DNA from: an uncultured Subdoligranulum sp.
GTDB lineage: Bacteria; Bacillota; Clostridia; Oscillospirales; Ruminococcaceae
Assembly (NCBI GenBank): GCA_945830575.1
Contig: CALZZE010000014.1
Span: forward strand, 117-64,116
Direction: 5' to 3'
DNA length: 64,000 nucleotides
The notes beneath the pieces are model-generated. The model worked only from the letters and a program-made list of their open reading frames with translations, searched no databases and was not told where the DNA came from. The first letter of the stretch is position 1. Every line of letters begins with the position of its first letter. A program made the position numbers and the translations under genes. Below, in pieces: positions 48,169 through 58,839 of the stretch.

Positions 48169-48693
48169 ATGCAATATCCAATTCTCACTGAACCGATCAA
48201 GCACGAAACCATCATTGGATACCGAACAGATTACACAGGAATCGTTGAGTATCGTTTTGCACAGGGAACCGATACGGTTTTGACTTGTGCATCCATCATG
48301 ACTCCTGATTTCATTACCTCCAGTCTGAACGGATATGGATATACACTCCTGTCAGAAATTCGGGAAACTACGTTAGTGCCGGGCGCGAGAGTGGATGTGC
48401 GTGAAAAAGAGAGTCAGCAGTTGGTCTTTTCTTATCGGTATCTTGGCATTGAAAGCCGGGAAATTGTGATTGGAGGACAGGTGATTTCGGTGGGATGCCA
48501 TCCGGGAAAATATGTCTTTGCTAAAGAACGACTTCAGGTGGCCAGAATGAAAAAGGCAAATGTATTTTACCACATTTTACCGACCACGAGACCGGAAACA
48601 GAGTCGTATTTTGAGTGTGAATTCTCCTGGCAGCTTACCGGACTGGAAAAGGCAGCGATTCTCGCGTTTCCCATATTAAGTTATTGGCTGTGA
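48169..48693 (+). CDS. Hypothetical protein
   Basis: GGGAGGA RBS; 174-aa ORF. Confidence 0.6.
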   Translation: MQYPILTEPIKHETIIGYRTDYTGIVEYRFAQGTDTVLTCASIMTPDFITSSLNGYGYTLLSEIRETTLVPGARVDVREKESQQLVFSYRYLGIESREIVIGGQVISVGCHPGKYVFAKERLQVARMKKANVFYHILPTTRPETESYFECEFSWQLTGLEKAAILAFPILSYWL

Positions 48694-48853
48694 GATGGGG
48701 GAATAGGATCTCCGGCAAGGAAGTGTAATATAGCAGTGTCTCACATATAAATTCCTCAAAGGAACATCTCACAGGGCATCAGAGACACAGGGACGGGAAA
48801 ATAGTGATACTGAGCATCGATATGTAGCCTTAGTGTTGATTGGAGAATAATCA

Positions 48854-49702
48854 TTATGTCCCGTGCTTCCTGTCAAAAGCCAGTATCTCTCTTGCGTGTA
48901 GTTCTTCCAAAGCAGGGATATCCTCATCGTCGGCAAAGTCGGCCGAATCGGCCACACCCAGAACCACTCCTAAGATCTTGACGTTGTCATCCTCGTTCTT
49001 TTCGCCATATGGCAGATTTGGGTTGATTGAGTGCAGCTTGTGGTGAATCATGCGCTTGACAACCGCACCGTCTGCTGTAGAGCAAACAACAATATCTCCA
49101 TCATCAGCCGAAGTGGCGTACCGAATGTACAGGAGATCGCCATTGTAATACATGGGTTCCATGCTGGCTCCAGATACACGAACAATCGCGTCCGCATGCC
49201 GGTTTCTGTTTGTTTTGCGAACAAAACGATACTCAGGTTCTACATCACCAAAGGGACAACCAGCTCCGGCGGCTACTGGAGTTGGCTCCAGCTCAATGAG
49301 GATGTAATCGGCACGCAAAGCTGTATCGTGAGCGTTTGTTTCCTCTTCCAGCAAGGTTGCAATCATTTTGCTTGCAATGTTTTGGCCGGAGGCACTGAGC
49401 TTCCGGTATTGGTTTACCAACTGTTTTTCCTTTCCGGAAAGAGCATTGGTGTCCTGAATTCCAAAAAGTTCAGACAAAGGAATCCCTAATACTTCACAAA
49501 GCCCGCCCAGGGTATCAAAATCCGGGCGGGATTTGTTTTTCTCCCAACTCGCAATGGCAGCTTGAGTCAGCTGGAACATCTCTCCGAGTTCACGCTGTGT
49601 CAAGTTGTTGTTTTCCCTGTATTTTCTAAGAGTTTCACCGAAGGACGGTCTGCTGCTTCGATTGCCGATGGCAGTCTGATTGGCGTTCTGATACGTTGTC
49701 AT
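48854..49702 (-). CDS. XRE-HTH / S24 peptidase (LexA/CI-like) repressor
   Basis: HTH LTQRELGEMFQLTQAAIASWE; AAG cleavage site; SGASMEP (Ser) and VVKRM (Lys). Confidence 0.9.
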   Translation of the reverse strand: MTTYQNANQTAIGNRSSRPSFGETLRKYRENNNLTQRELGEMFQLTQAAIASWEKNKSRPDFDTLGGLCEVLGIPLSELFGIQDTNALSGKEKQLVNQYRKLSASGQNIASKMIATLLEEETNAHDTALRADYILIELEPTPVAAGAGCPFGDVEPEYRFVRKTNRNRHADAIVRVSGASMEPMYYNGDLLYIRYATSADDGDIVVCSTADGAVVKRMIHHKLHSINPNLPYGEKNEDDNVKILGVVLGVADSADFADDEDIPALEELHAREILAFDRKHGT

Positions 49703-49736
49703 TTTGAGGCCCCCGATATGACGTTCTATTTAGTTC

Positions 49737-49766
49737 AGTATATCACAGCCGGGAAACAAGAATCAA
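49737..49766 (-). promoter_or_regulatory. Promoter of the S24 repressor gene
   Basis: Minus strand TTGATT-18 nt-TATACT with an extended TG. Confidence 0.55.
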
Positions 49767-49826
49767 GAGGAAAACAAATATTATTTATAACAGTAACAAA
49801 TTAAAGAAATAATATTTATAAAACTA

Positions 49827-49855
49827 TTGAAATTCGGTATCGAAGGGGGTATAAT
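49827..49855 (+). promoter_or_regulatory. Promoter of the ImmA/IrrE-like gene
   Basis: TTGAAA-17 nt-TATAAT. Confidence 0.7.
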
Positions 49856-49878
49856 TTAGGAAAAAACTGGAAGGAACC

Positions 49879-51873
49879 ATGAGGACGATGAGTGAAAGAG
49901 AACGACTTTTATCGCACGGATTGAGATGCAACGAGAAGAAAACCCTCATGGAACCGCCATGTGATAAGTCAAATCCGGTCTGTGAGCAACCGATGAAAGC
50001 CTATGATGTTTTTACGAAGATGGGATTCGACTCGTTTTCTATTCTGTCTGATTTCGTCATGGCTTCGCAGGAACGGATTCGGAGAAAAGGAATCCTTCAA
50101 GATGCAAAGGCAATTCGGCTGATCAACTGCGCCTACTCGAAAACAGAATGTGCCTTTGGACAGCCGTTAAGAGAAACAAAGGTTGACTTTCTATTTCGGG
50201 GAACCCTGTCTTCGATGCAGCACACAACACACGGCTTGCAGCCTCTGGACGGGGAAGAGGCTGATGTCTGGTTTAGAATGCAGTGTGTTTTTGATTTGTC
50301 TCCATGTACCGGAGCCTGTAAGCATCTGCGCATAGGTCTTGAAGAGGATTGGCCAGAACAGGAGAGTGACAGCCGTCTCGACATGAATGAGTACCTGTTG
50401 CCGATTATTTACGCACAGGATTACGAGAAGGCGGCACAGATGCTTCTGGACGAGTACTTCCCTTGGGCGGAGAATATGCCGGATTTTGTGTTAACGGGGG
50501 AGAAACTTGCCTGCCAGATGGGGCTTGAAGTGCGAGATGTACGTTTCGCTGACCCGGATTTAATCGGACAGGTGTATTTCGATTTTTCAGAAACGAGGCT
50601 GGTATCGGAACAGGGAATAGAATACACGGAACGAATCAGACCGCTTACAATTCTTGTGGGCAAAGATCATTGCACATCGCCGTATATACGAAATACGACA
50701 ATTTTGCATGAGTGCTGCCATGTGTATTTCGACAAGTGGTTTTATTTCCTTCAGATGATGACACAGAGAACATACGCTGCGTTTTCCAACCGAATGGAAA
50801 AGAAGTGGGAGCAAAGAAACACACCGGTGACATGGATGGAACTTCAGTGTTCCAAGCTGCCGGCCTATCTGGTTTTGGAAAAAAGGAAAACAGAGGCTGT
50901 CATCCAAAAGACGATAAACGAAGAAGGCGGAAAACGAACCTCGCTTGCAATTCATAAGGCGATAAACAACTTGTCATCGCAATTCGGGGTGTCGCCGTCA
51001 ATGGCCAAATATCGCATGATTGAGTTGGGCTATCCGGAGGCTGAAGGTGTATTGTGCTACATGGACGGCGAGAGAGTGCCGGACCACATGTGTGCAGGCC
51101 GATGGAAAAAAGGAATCACCTACACAATATCGGCAGCGGATGTCATTTCCCTTTGTGACAGCAATCCTGCTATAGCGCATTTGGTCAATAGCGGAAAGTA
51201 TGTTTATGTGGAGGGGCATCTCTGTCAAGCCAGTGAGAAATACCTCTTTTTGGATCGGCAAGGCGGCATTCACTTAAAAGAATATGCAAGGCAGCGAATC
51301 GATGCCTGCTGTCTGCCGTTCCGGCGTGCAGGATATTCAGTTGGCGTCATTTTTTCCGGAAATTGTGCGGACAGAAATAAAAAGAAACCTGTTACAGATA
51401 GATACCGTGCACAATACAAATTGGATGCGGAGCAGGGAACTCTGGAATATGATCTCGAAAACAATATTCTTTCGGATGACAGCTGGCTGTGGGGGGAGTA
51501 TGTTTATGAGATGCCGGACCAGTTTGACCGAGCGGTAACCGAGATTATGGCTCGAAAAGGTGTTACGCAGGAGGCGTTGGCATTGGAACTCGGTATTGAT
51601 CGTAGGATGGTTTACAAAATACTCCACAGCGACTCGCCTTCCATGGAACAGTGTGTTGCAATATGCGTTGCGCTGAAATTACCCTATTTCGTATCTGAGA
51701 AAATAATCGAAAATGCTGGTCTGAGATTCAAAAGGACGGATAAGCACCACCTGTACAGACAGATGTTGGTACAATCCCACCATTTGACAGTGGAACGTTG
51801 TAATGACATTCTCACGCGAAAAAAAATGCTGCCATTTTTCCCGAATTCGGAGACAAATATCGGAGTGAGCTGA
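49879..51873 (+). CDS. ImmA/IrrE-family metallopeptidase with C-terminal XRE-HTH
   Basis: RNTTILHECCH (HExxH); FGVSPSMAKYRMIELGY; C-terminal VTQEALALELGIDRRMV. Confidence 0.8.
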   Translation: MRTMSERERLLSHGLRCNEKKTLMEPPCDKSNPVCEQPMKAYDVFTKMGFDSFSILSDFVMASQERIRRKGILQDAKAIRLINCAYSKTECAFGQPLRETKVDFLFRGTLSSMQHTTHGLQPLDGEEADVWFRMQCVFDLSPCTGACKHLRIGLEEDWPEQESDSRLDMNEYLLPIIYAQDYEKAAQMLLDEYFPWAENMPDFVLTGEKLACQMGLEVRDVRFADPDLIGQVYFDFSETRLVSEQGIEYTERIRPLTILVGKDHCTSPYIRNTTILHECCHVYFDKWFYFLQMMTQRTYAAFSNRMEKKWEQRNTPVTWMELQCSKLPAYLVLEKRKTEAVIQKTINEEGGKRTSLAIHKAINNLSSQFGVSPSMAKYRMIELGYPEAEGVLCYMDGERVPDHMCAGRWKKGITYTISAADVISLCDSNPAIAHLVNSGKYVYVEGHLCQASEKYLFLDRQGGIHLKEYARQRIDACCLPFRRAGYSVGVIFSGNCADRNKKKPVTDRYRAQYKLDAEQGTLEYDLENNILSDDSWLWGEYVYEMPDQFDRAVTEIMARKGVTQEALALELGIDRRMVYKILHSDSPSMEQCVAICVALKLPYFVSEKIIENAGLRFKRTDKHHLYRQMLVQSHHLTVERCNDILTRKKMLPFFPNSETNIGVS

Positions 51874-52110
51874 GCCACAAACATAGAGTTGCCCTCATGT
51901 ACTGCATATTCGGATCGGGATATTTCTTTGTGAGGAGGCTGTTTTCTTATTCCTGTATATGCAAAGCTCTCTACCACCGAACAGGTGGAAGCATGCAGCA
52001 AGCAGCAACGGGTGGGGGAGCGCCCATGCTTTCTACAGTCCAAAAAACGGGGGAATTCCGCTTCCGGACAAAAAAAGGACAAAACGGGAAAGAAAGCACA
52101 TCTTTGCCGC

Positions 52111-52139
52111 TTGACATCCGACCGCAACTCGCGGATAAT
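52111..52139 (+). promoter_or_regulatory. Promoter of the tetR/adhesin operon
   Basis: TTGACA-17 nt-GATAAT. Confidence 0.6.
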
Positions 52140-52191
52140 AGGATATATAGTTTAGCGAACGATAAAGAACGAACAAGGAGGGCAAACGCCC

Positions 52192-52824
52192 TTGCGAAAG
52201 GCAAAAGAAGAGATATACAAGGCCAAAAAGGAACAGATAATGGAGCAGTGCTTCGATTTCTGTGCCGAAAAAGGCCTGGCCAATGTGGGAACACGGTCGA
52301 TAGCAGAGGCCTGCGGTTTCCGGGGCCCGAATCTGTATTGGTATTTCGAGAGCTTCGATGAGCTTATTATCCAGTCCACAGAATACTGCATGAGCAAGGT
52401 GGAGGACGAGTTCATGGAGAAAGCGCCCACCGATGTGGAGAGCCTGTGGCGGTTCATTGATGAGATACCCTACTGGACGGCGGAGAAGCACGGGAAGAAG
52501 TACCGCCTGATGTATCAGGTGTATACCAGCCCGGAATACCGGGAATACGGCAAGAAGTTCTTTGCCGGAGTGGACAAGAGGTACGCCGAATATGCCCGGA
52601 CGCTGGAAGGAAAACTGGGAATCCCCAGAGAAAAGCTGACCTCCCTGATTTTCATACTGATTCGTGCCTGTGTGCATTACGCACTGTTCGAGGACGAGTT
52701 TTATCTCAAGGCGCAGACAGACATGCTGAAAGAGACGCTGAAATTCTGTCTGCAAAAGTACAACCCGGGGGCAAAACCGGGTGTTTCTGGTGAGAATAGG
52801 AACGAAACGGAGGAAACCACATGA
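52192..52824 (+). CDS. TetR/AcrR-family regulator
   Basis: EKGLANVGTRSIAEACG...NLYWYFESFDEL; AAGGAGG RBS with TTG start. Confidence 0.85.
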   Translation: MRKAKEEIYKAKKEQIMEQCFDFCAEKGLANVGTRSIAEACGFRGPNLYWYFESFDELIIQSTEYCMSKVEDEFMEKAPTDVESLWRFIDEIPYWTAEKHGKKYRLMYQVYTSPEYREYGKKFFAGVDKRYAEYARTLEGKLGIPREKLTSLIFILIRACVHYALFEDEFYLKAQTDMLKETLKFCLQKYNPGAKPGVSGENRNETEETT

Positions 52825-55541
52825 AGAAACATTTGTTTGGCCTGCTGCTGGCCTTATTCCTGTCGGTAGGACTGCTGCCGACAGTGGCACTGGCGGAAGG
52901 TGAAATACCTTATCTGGACGAAACCGGAGCACGGCAGAACTGTACCAGTGCCACGGTGGTGACCAGCAGCGATACCACATGGACCAGCGGTTGGTATGTG
53001 GTAAACTCCAATGTGACAATCGGTACCGCAGAGGCCGAGCAGCGTGTCACTGTCGAAGGCGAAGTCCACTTGATTCTGGCGGATGACTGTACCCTTACCG
53101 TTAATGGTGGAATTCAAGTGGAGGGTGATACAAGATACAGTGGCGTAAATGCTTTAACAATCTACGCTCAATCCACAGGCAACAAAATGGGCAAATTGAT
53201 TGCTCAAAATGCGGCGTATGGTTACGCGGCGATTGGCGGCGGTAGGGGGGAACAGGCCGATACTGCTGGCGGCATCATCACTATCAATGGCGGTAATGTA
53301 TCGGCCACTTCAGAAAATCCTTCTGCTGCCATTGGCGGAGGTGGACGTGATGGCGGCGCCGCCGGTGGCAATATCACTATCAACGGAGGAATTGTCACTG
53401 CAACTTCCAGAGGTTTAGGAGCTGGCATTGGCGGAAACGGCGGCCCGGTAAATGCTGGCAGCGGCGGTATCATAACTATCACCGGCGGAATTGTAAGAGC
53501 CGAAAGTAATGAAAGCACTGGTATTGGTGGCGGCACAAAACATCCTTCAACGCTAGGCAATAGCGGAAAGATAACCATTACCGGCGGCACCATCACCGCT
53601 ATAACCAATAGCACAAATGCTCCAGGCATTGGTGGCAACGACCTAAAGGATTCAAACAATTCAATCACAATCGCTAATGGGAAAGCGGTTGTATTTGCAA
53701 CCTCCATTAGCAACAAAGCCAATCAAGATAGTTGGTCCGGCATCATCTTTGAAGGAAACGAAGGCAAGGTTTACGGCTCCTCCGTCACGCCCGTTGTGGA
53801 TTTCACCATTGACAGCGGCAAAAATCTGTGTATCCCGGAAGGTTCTGTACTAAACATCTCCGGCATTTCCGCCACGAATGAGGGCGGCATATATGTGGCC
53901 GGAACCCTGAGCGGCTCTCCGCTGGGAGGCAACCTGTATTATCCGCTGGTGCTGACCAGTGACATAGCAGCTGACAAGGCCTATTCGTATGGCGGCAAGA
54001 CCTACGGCAAGGCGGGAGAAACCATCACTTTGACTGGCACCAATATTCCTGTGGGTAACAAAGCAATATGGAATACCACACCCACCGTGACATTTGCGGG
54101 CGACAGTTTTTCTATGCCGGCCGAAAAGATGACTATTACAGCAACATACGCCCCGAAAACCTATCAGATTACTTACAACACAAACGGAGGCGACAGCGTC
54201 TCTTCTGGAACCTACACCTACGGAACCGGCGCGACCCTCCCGACCAACATCAAGAAAGCCGGGTACACCTTCAAAGGCTGGTATGCAAGTTCCGCTCTCA
54301 CTGGAAACCCGGTCACCACCATCGGGCCAACCGAAACGGGCGACAAGGCTTTCTGGGCAAAATGGAAAGCAAACACCTACACCGTCAAATTCGACACGGA
54401 CGGCGGTTCTGCCATCGCGGATAAGACCATGCAGTGGGAGGATACCGTACTCACAGGTGTCGCCACACCTACCAAAACCGGCTGGGAGTTCCTTGGCTGG
54501 AAGTACAATGATGCCCCAGTCAATGCGAACACCAAGTACAGCGATTTGGGTGTTGCAGATACCGTGCAGTATGTCCAGCTGAAAGCCCAGTGGAAGGATG
54601 TAGCGGCACCCGTCATCTCCGGCGTCGAGAATGGCAAGACCTATTGCCTGACTCGTACCGTGACCGTGTCCGACAATGTGGGCGTCGTGAGAGTTACCGT
54701 GGACGGAACTCCCGTCACTGTTGATAGCAACAATCAGTTTGTTCTGAGCCCGAAAGAGACTCCGCAGGCAATCATTGCCAAGGACGCGGCGGGCAACACC
54801 TCTGCAAAGATGATTGTCACCGTCAACAGTGAGCACAAGGGCGGCACGGCCACCTGTGTAAAGAAAGCTACCTGTATCCATTGTGGAACGCAGTATGGCC
54901 CCCTCGACAGGGACAAACACAACCTTGAGTATATCCCGGCCGAGGGCGCAACAGTGACCGCAACCGGCAACAAGGAATACTGGCATTGCAAGGATTGCGG
55001 GAAATACTTCTCCGACGAGAACGGCATGAACAGTGTTGCACTGAGCGATACCGTCATCTCGAAATTGCCGCCGTCCATTATCGATGGCGCCGGCCAGAGC
55101 CTGACGGCAGGGGAGTGGAAGGAACTTACTTTCCGTTCTAACGCGGCGTTTGCCGACTTCGTCCGTGTGGAGCTTGACGGCCATACTGTAGAGAGCAGCC
55201 GGTATACCGTCAAAGAAGGCAGTACCATTGTGAGTCTGAAAGCCGATTATGTGCGGACACTATCAGCCGGGGAACACACCCTCGGCATCGTGTCCACGAA
55301 CGGCACGGCAACCACTACCTTTACCATCCATGCGTCGGCTGCGTCTGACAATTCGCAGGCTTCTCCGGAAGGAAATGTCAGTGCCTCTGTAAACACCCCT
55401 TCGGCCAACAAGAATCCTTTGAGTGTTCCTCCCACGGGGGACGATAGCCCCTTGGGATTGTGGGTTGTAGCCCTCGTTGTCAGTGGCGTGCTGCTGAATA
55501 TTCTGGGCGTTGTCTTGAAGAAGAGGCGCTCAAAGAAGTAA
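52821..55541 (+). CDS. Sortase-anchored surface protein with Gly-rich repeats and InlB B-repeats
   Basis: Signal peptide; AIGGG/ITINGG repeats; two YNTNGG/FDTDGG...GY.F.GW B-repeats; VPPTG + TM + KKRRSKK. Confidence 0.85.
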   Translation: MKKHLFGLLLALFLSVGLLPTVALAEGEIPYLDETGARQNCTSATVVTSSDTTWTSGWYVVNSNVTIGTAEAEQRVTVEGEVHLILADDCTLTVNGGIQVEGDTRYSGVNALTIYAQSTGNKMGKLIAQNAAYGYAAIGGGRGEQADTAGGIITINGGNVSATSENPSAAIGGGGRDGGAAGGNITINGGIVTATSRGLGAGIGGNGGPVNAGSGGIITITGGIVRAESNESTGIGGGTKHPSTLGNSGKITITGGTITAITNSTNAPGIGGNDLKDSNNSITIANGKAVVFATSISNKANQDSWSGIIFEGNEGKVYGSSVTPVVDFTIDSGKNLCIPEGSVLNISGISATNEGGIYVAGTLSGSPLGGNLYYPLVLTSDIAADKAYSYGGKTYGKAGETITLTGTNIPVGNKAIWNTTPTVTFAGDSFSMPAEKMTITATYAPKTYQITYNTNGGDSVSSGTYTYGTGATLPTNIKKAGYTFKGWYASSALTGNPVTTIGPTETGDKAFWAKWKANTYTVKFDTDGGSAIADKTMQWEDTVLTGVATPTKTGWEFLGWKYNDAPVNANTKYSDLGVADTVQYVQLKAQWKDVAAPVISGVENGKTYCLTRTVTVSDNVGVVRVTVDGTPVTVDSNNQFVLSPKETPQAIIAKDAAGNTSAKMIVTVNSEHKGGTATCVKKATCIHCGTQYGPLDRDKHNLEYIPAEGATVTATGNKEYWHCKDCGKYFSDENGMNSVALSDTVISKLPPSIIDGAGQSLTAGEWKELTFRSNAAFADFVRVELDGHTVESSRYTVKEGSTIVSLKADYVRTLSAGEHTLGIVSTNGTATTTFTIHASAASDNSQASPEGNVSASVNTPSANKNPLSVPPTGDDSPLGLWVVALVVSGVLLNILGVVLKKRRSKK

Positions 55542-55560
55542 AGCCAAATAACAAGATTCA

Positions 55561-55605
55561 TCCCTCCTGTCAGGCTTCGGCGTCCGGCAGGAGGGATTCT
55601 CATTT
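55561..55605 (+). terminator. Terminator-like hairpin
   Basis: TCCCTCCTG...CAGGAGGGA followed by TTCTCATTT. Confidence 0.5.
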
Positions 55606-55941
55606 CCTTTCTGGTACGAACTCCATCAGATGAAGGACAGAGTCTTTCCAGCTTCCTCCAATTCAGACGTATTCGTTGTCACGGCAGGAGTAAGTAGGAC
55701 AGTTCATGTCCGAGGTTGTCGGATTGTGTGGGGCAAATCGGTGCAAACCGAGCCATAGCCTACTACCGTTTGACTACGGATGACTTGATTTCAATAAAAT
55801 ACTGTAAAAGAGCCATGATCGACAGTGAAAACTGCCCGGTCACGGCTCTTTTTTGTGCAGTATATGCCAGAGAAATGACTTGCTATATTCCGGCAGCAGA
55901 GCGAACATACACATACCCAAAAACTACATTTACACGGAGGT

Positions 55942-56229
55942 ATGAACATGAACGGATTACATTACACACTTGCAGGGGAACAGCGGAAACAGATGGCGCA
56001 GGTCATTTCGGAGATCATCCAGGAGAAAGCTGTTTACAAGAGAGTTCCCACCTGTGCTTATCAGATGGGCTCCTTCACCATCAGCAAGGACGGTGTTCTG
56101 AGTTGGACGGAGGACACCGATGCAGAAACGGTCAAGGGTGTGGTTGCCGGACTGCAGATGATGGGCTTCACCACCAAGACCGAACTTCACATTGCAGAGC
56201 AGAATGATTCCTCAGAAAAGGCTACATGA
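55942..56229 (+). pseudogene. Truncated N-terminal fragment of a conserved mobile-element protein (copy 1)
   Basis: GGAGG RBS; ends 2 codons after the repeat boundary; about 90% identical to 63437-63677. Confidence 0.55.
55983..56223 (+). repeat. 241-bp direct repeat, copy 1
   Basis: Manual gap-free alignment to 63437-63677 gives about 22 mismatches. Confidence 0.9.
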
Positions 56230-56437
56230 ATACTATGATGAGGTGGAGATTTGCCAGAGTTCTGCCAGGGTGCATTTCAAGGGTGCAATGCAGATACGAA
56301 ACTGCCAGATGGTTGACCGTTCCGATTTGGTTGTCTGCTGCATTGCGCATCACAGCGGCGGCGCATATCAGACGGTGGAGTATGCCCGCCACCAGGGCAA
56401 AGAAAATGGCAATCTGGCAGATATGCTTAATCTGTAA
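56222..56437 (+). pseudogene. C-terminal fragment of a SLOG/DUF1273-like protein
   Basis: RNCQMVDRSDLVVCCIAHHSGGAYQTVEYA; no start of its own; begins at the repeat boundary. Confidence 0.5.
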
Positions 56438-56549
56438 AGGTACTTCCATCGTTTCTTTTGACGGAGCAAGGCAGAACAACAAATCTGTTTGAATTTTGCA
56501 TACCGATTTGATAGAATAAACCCATAAAAAAGATTTGGAGGTGCCTGAT

Positions 56550-57350
56550 ATGCAGGAAGCGGGAACCATCACGATTGTTTCCAACAAGCAGGAAGTTGTG
56601 CTGAACATCAGCCAGATCCTTTATGTACAGATGAAGGGAAATTTTGCCGATATACACATCTCGTGGGAGCTGGTCTATCCAACCAGAATCACCCTCATCG
56701 AGCTGGAAGAGATCCTTGGCGACAATTTCATCAAGGTGAAACGGGGCTGCTTGGTATCCGTATTGGCGATCCACAGCGTCACGGATAAGATCAATCTATG
56801 CAACGGCGAATCGCTGGATTATGTGGTGCGGAATAAAAAAGAGATTCTCGCAAAGCTCCATGCTAAACAGCAGGACATGATCCGCAGCTTCAACGAGGAT
56901 GGGATTCCCGCCACAGAAGATCAGTACCATGCCCATTACCGCCTGTTTGATACCATGCCTTTTGCGTTTGCGGACATCGAGATAGTGTTCGACAGCAGAT
57001 GCCACGCCATCGACTGGGTGTTTCGGTACGGCAATTCCGCCCTGGCGCAGTTGGAAAAGCTGCCATTAGAGAAAATGATCGGCAACTCCTTTGGAAGTCT
57101 GTTTCCCAATATGGATTCCAAATGGCTGCGAAGCTACGAGCGTGCCGCGCTGTTTGGAGAAACCCTGCAGATCATTGACTACAGCCCGGAGATCGACACC
57201 TATCTGGAGGTGATTTGTTTCCCCACCTTCAAGGGTCATTGCGGCTGTATTCTGTTTGATATTTCGCAGATCAAGTCCTTCCGAAAGGCTACCGATACGG
57301 AAAAAGCGCTGGCGATTTATTTTGAAAAGCTGGCATACGGAAATCAATGA
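56550..57350 (+). CDS. LytTR DNA-binding domain + PAS-like domain regulator
   Basis: ILYVQMKG...LEEILGDNFIKVKRGCLVS (LytTR); FRYGNSALAQLEKLPLEKMIGNSF (PAS-like); GGAGGT RBS. Confidence 0.85.
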   Translation: MQEAGTITIVSNKQEVVLNISQILYVQMKGNFADIHISWELVYPTRITLIELEEILGDNFIKVKRGCLVSVLAIHSVTDKINLCNGESLDYVVRNKKEILAKLHAKQQDMIRSFNEDGIPATEDQYHAHYRLFDTMPFAFADIEIVFDSRCHAIDWVFRYGNSALAQLEKLPLEKMIGNSFGSLFPNMDSKWLRSYERAALFGETLQIIDYSPEIDTYLEVICFPTFKGHCGCILFDISQIKSFRKATDTEKALAIYFEKLAYGNQ

Positions 57351-57713
57351 GAAAAGCGGCGCAACAACGTGACAAATCGACATCCGAAAACTGCTGTGCT
57401 CACTGTTATGACTGGCTGACAGAGGGTTGCGGCCCATAAGACAACCTATCTGCCGTGAACGCGGCAGTTTTTTGCTATTTCGTCACGATAATAGAAATAT
57501 TTGTTGCAAATCGCAAGGATATAAAAAGATTCACCAAATCATGGTTGAAAAATGTGCTGAAATATAATAGAATGTAGTTTGGAATGATTTGGATGAACAT
57601 GGAGACTTTTGACATAAGTCCGGCAAGCCTGCCCGGACTCTGAGAAATACCTCATCGGCGCCGTGACCATAACGATGACAAAGTCCCATTATCCATAAGG
57701 AAGGAGAGCGGCT

Positions 57714-58253
57714 ATGAGCGGCAATTTTGAAAGGAAAGAGATAAAGAAAAACTGGCTGATCCCTGTGCTGATGGCCGGCATTGTGATCTGCATCGGGGTG
57801 ACGATCTGGGCGTTGTTTTTCCGACAAAGCGGCGAGGCGTTGGTCCCGGATTACGCGCCCCAGGAAACGGAGCAGAACGCCCGGCCCATCGAAGGCGACG
57901 ACGGCGCCAAGCTGGATGCCCCGGAGGGCGGCGGCGCGATCAGCCTGGAATATGACAGCCATGTCACCGTCGACCTGTCGGATGGCAAAGCCTATTTGAG
58001 CTACGCCAACCCCGGCAAGTCCACCCAGGACATTGTCCTGCGCATTGAAATTCAGGATACAGCGGTGATCCAGTCCGGCACCATCCGACCCGGCAATCAG
58101 GTCAGCGAGCTGGAACTGTTGGATGGCGCGGCTGACAAGCTGCAGGAGGGCGTTTATGACGCCGTGTTCCGCATTTTGAGCTATGACCCCGTCACCGGCG
58201 AGAAAGCCATGGTCGATACTCTGGCAGAGATTACCGTGACGGTACAGCCTTGA
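57714..58253 (+). CDS. Membrane-anchored protein, paralogous to 61449-61958
   Basis: N-terminal TM; YANPGKS..IVLRI...SGTIRPGNQV resembles YLTNPAEN..LKLRV...TGLIKPGQYV. Confidence 0.7.
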   Translation: MSGNFERKEIKKNWLIPVLMAGIVICIGVTIWALFFRQSGEALVPDYAPQETEQNARPIEGDDGAKLDAPEGGGAISLEYDSHVTVDLSDGKAYLSYANPGKSTQDIVLRIEIQDTAVIQSGTIRPGNQVSELELLDGAADKLQEGVYDAVFRILSYDPVTGEKAMVDTLAEITVTVQP

Positions 58254-58299
58254 GATTCCGCCAAAGACGTGATTCGGAAAACCGAGGAGAAAAAACGAA

Positions 58300-58821
58300 A
58301 TGAAAAAATTTGTTTCCATTTTCCTTACTCTTGCGCTGGTTTTGGCCATGAGCACCACCGCCTTTGCGGCAACGATCGAAAGCAATCCCGATTCCCGGGA
58401 CATCGACGTGAACGCAAAGTATGTGGGCGGTGTTTCCGTTCCCACAAGGTACAGCGTGGATCTGACCTGGGGGGCGATGGAGTTCACCTACACCGTCAGC
58501 GGCACCAAGACCTGGGACCCTGAGACCCACACCTACACCACCAGCACCCAGCCTGTATGGACGGCCAGCGGCAACACCATCACCGTGACAAACCATTCCA
58601 ACACCGACATCACTGCGTCCTTTGCCTTCTCGGCGCTGACTGCCTACAACACCGTGACCGGCAGTTTCTCAAGCGCAAGCCTCACGCTCCCCACGGCGGA
58701 GGGCAAGGCGGTCAACGACGCTGTGCTTACCGGCCAGACCTCGTTCACTCTCGGAGGAACACTTGCAAGCGATATAACGGATTTTACCAACGTCGGTACG
58801 GTCATTGTAACGATTTCGTAA
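58300..58821 (+). CDS. Small secreted protein with a shared beta-rich (WxL-like) domain
   Basis: Signal peptide ending AFA; SVDLTWGAMEFTY...ITVTNHSN...VGTVIVTI. Confidence 0.75.
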   Translation: MKKFVSIFLTLALVLAMSTTAFAATIESNPDSRDIDVNAKYVGGVSVPTRYSVDLTWGAMEFTYTVSGTKTWDPETHTYTTSTQPVWTASGNTITVTNHSNTDITASFAFSALTAYNTVTGSFSSASLTLPTAEGKAVNDAVLTGQTSFTLGGTLASDITDFTNVGTVIVTIS

Positions 58822-58839
58822 GTATAAGGAGGAAACCCA

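Noticed and set aside
43874-48181. 1435-aa minus-strand ORF
   Set aside because: Antisense shadow of the giant Ig protein; no RBS or recognisable motifs. The same applies to 41744-42940.
57686-57695. CCATTATCCA resembling the recombination-site core
   Set aside because: Only 10 bp match and no dyad arms; insufficient for a third site.
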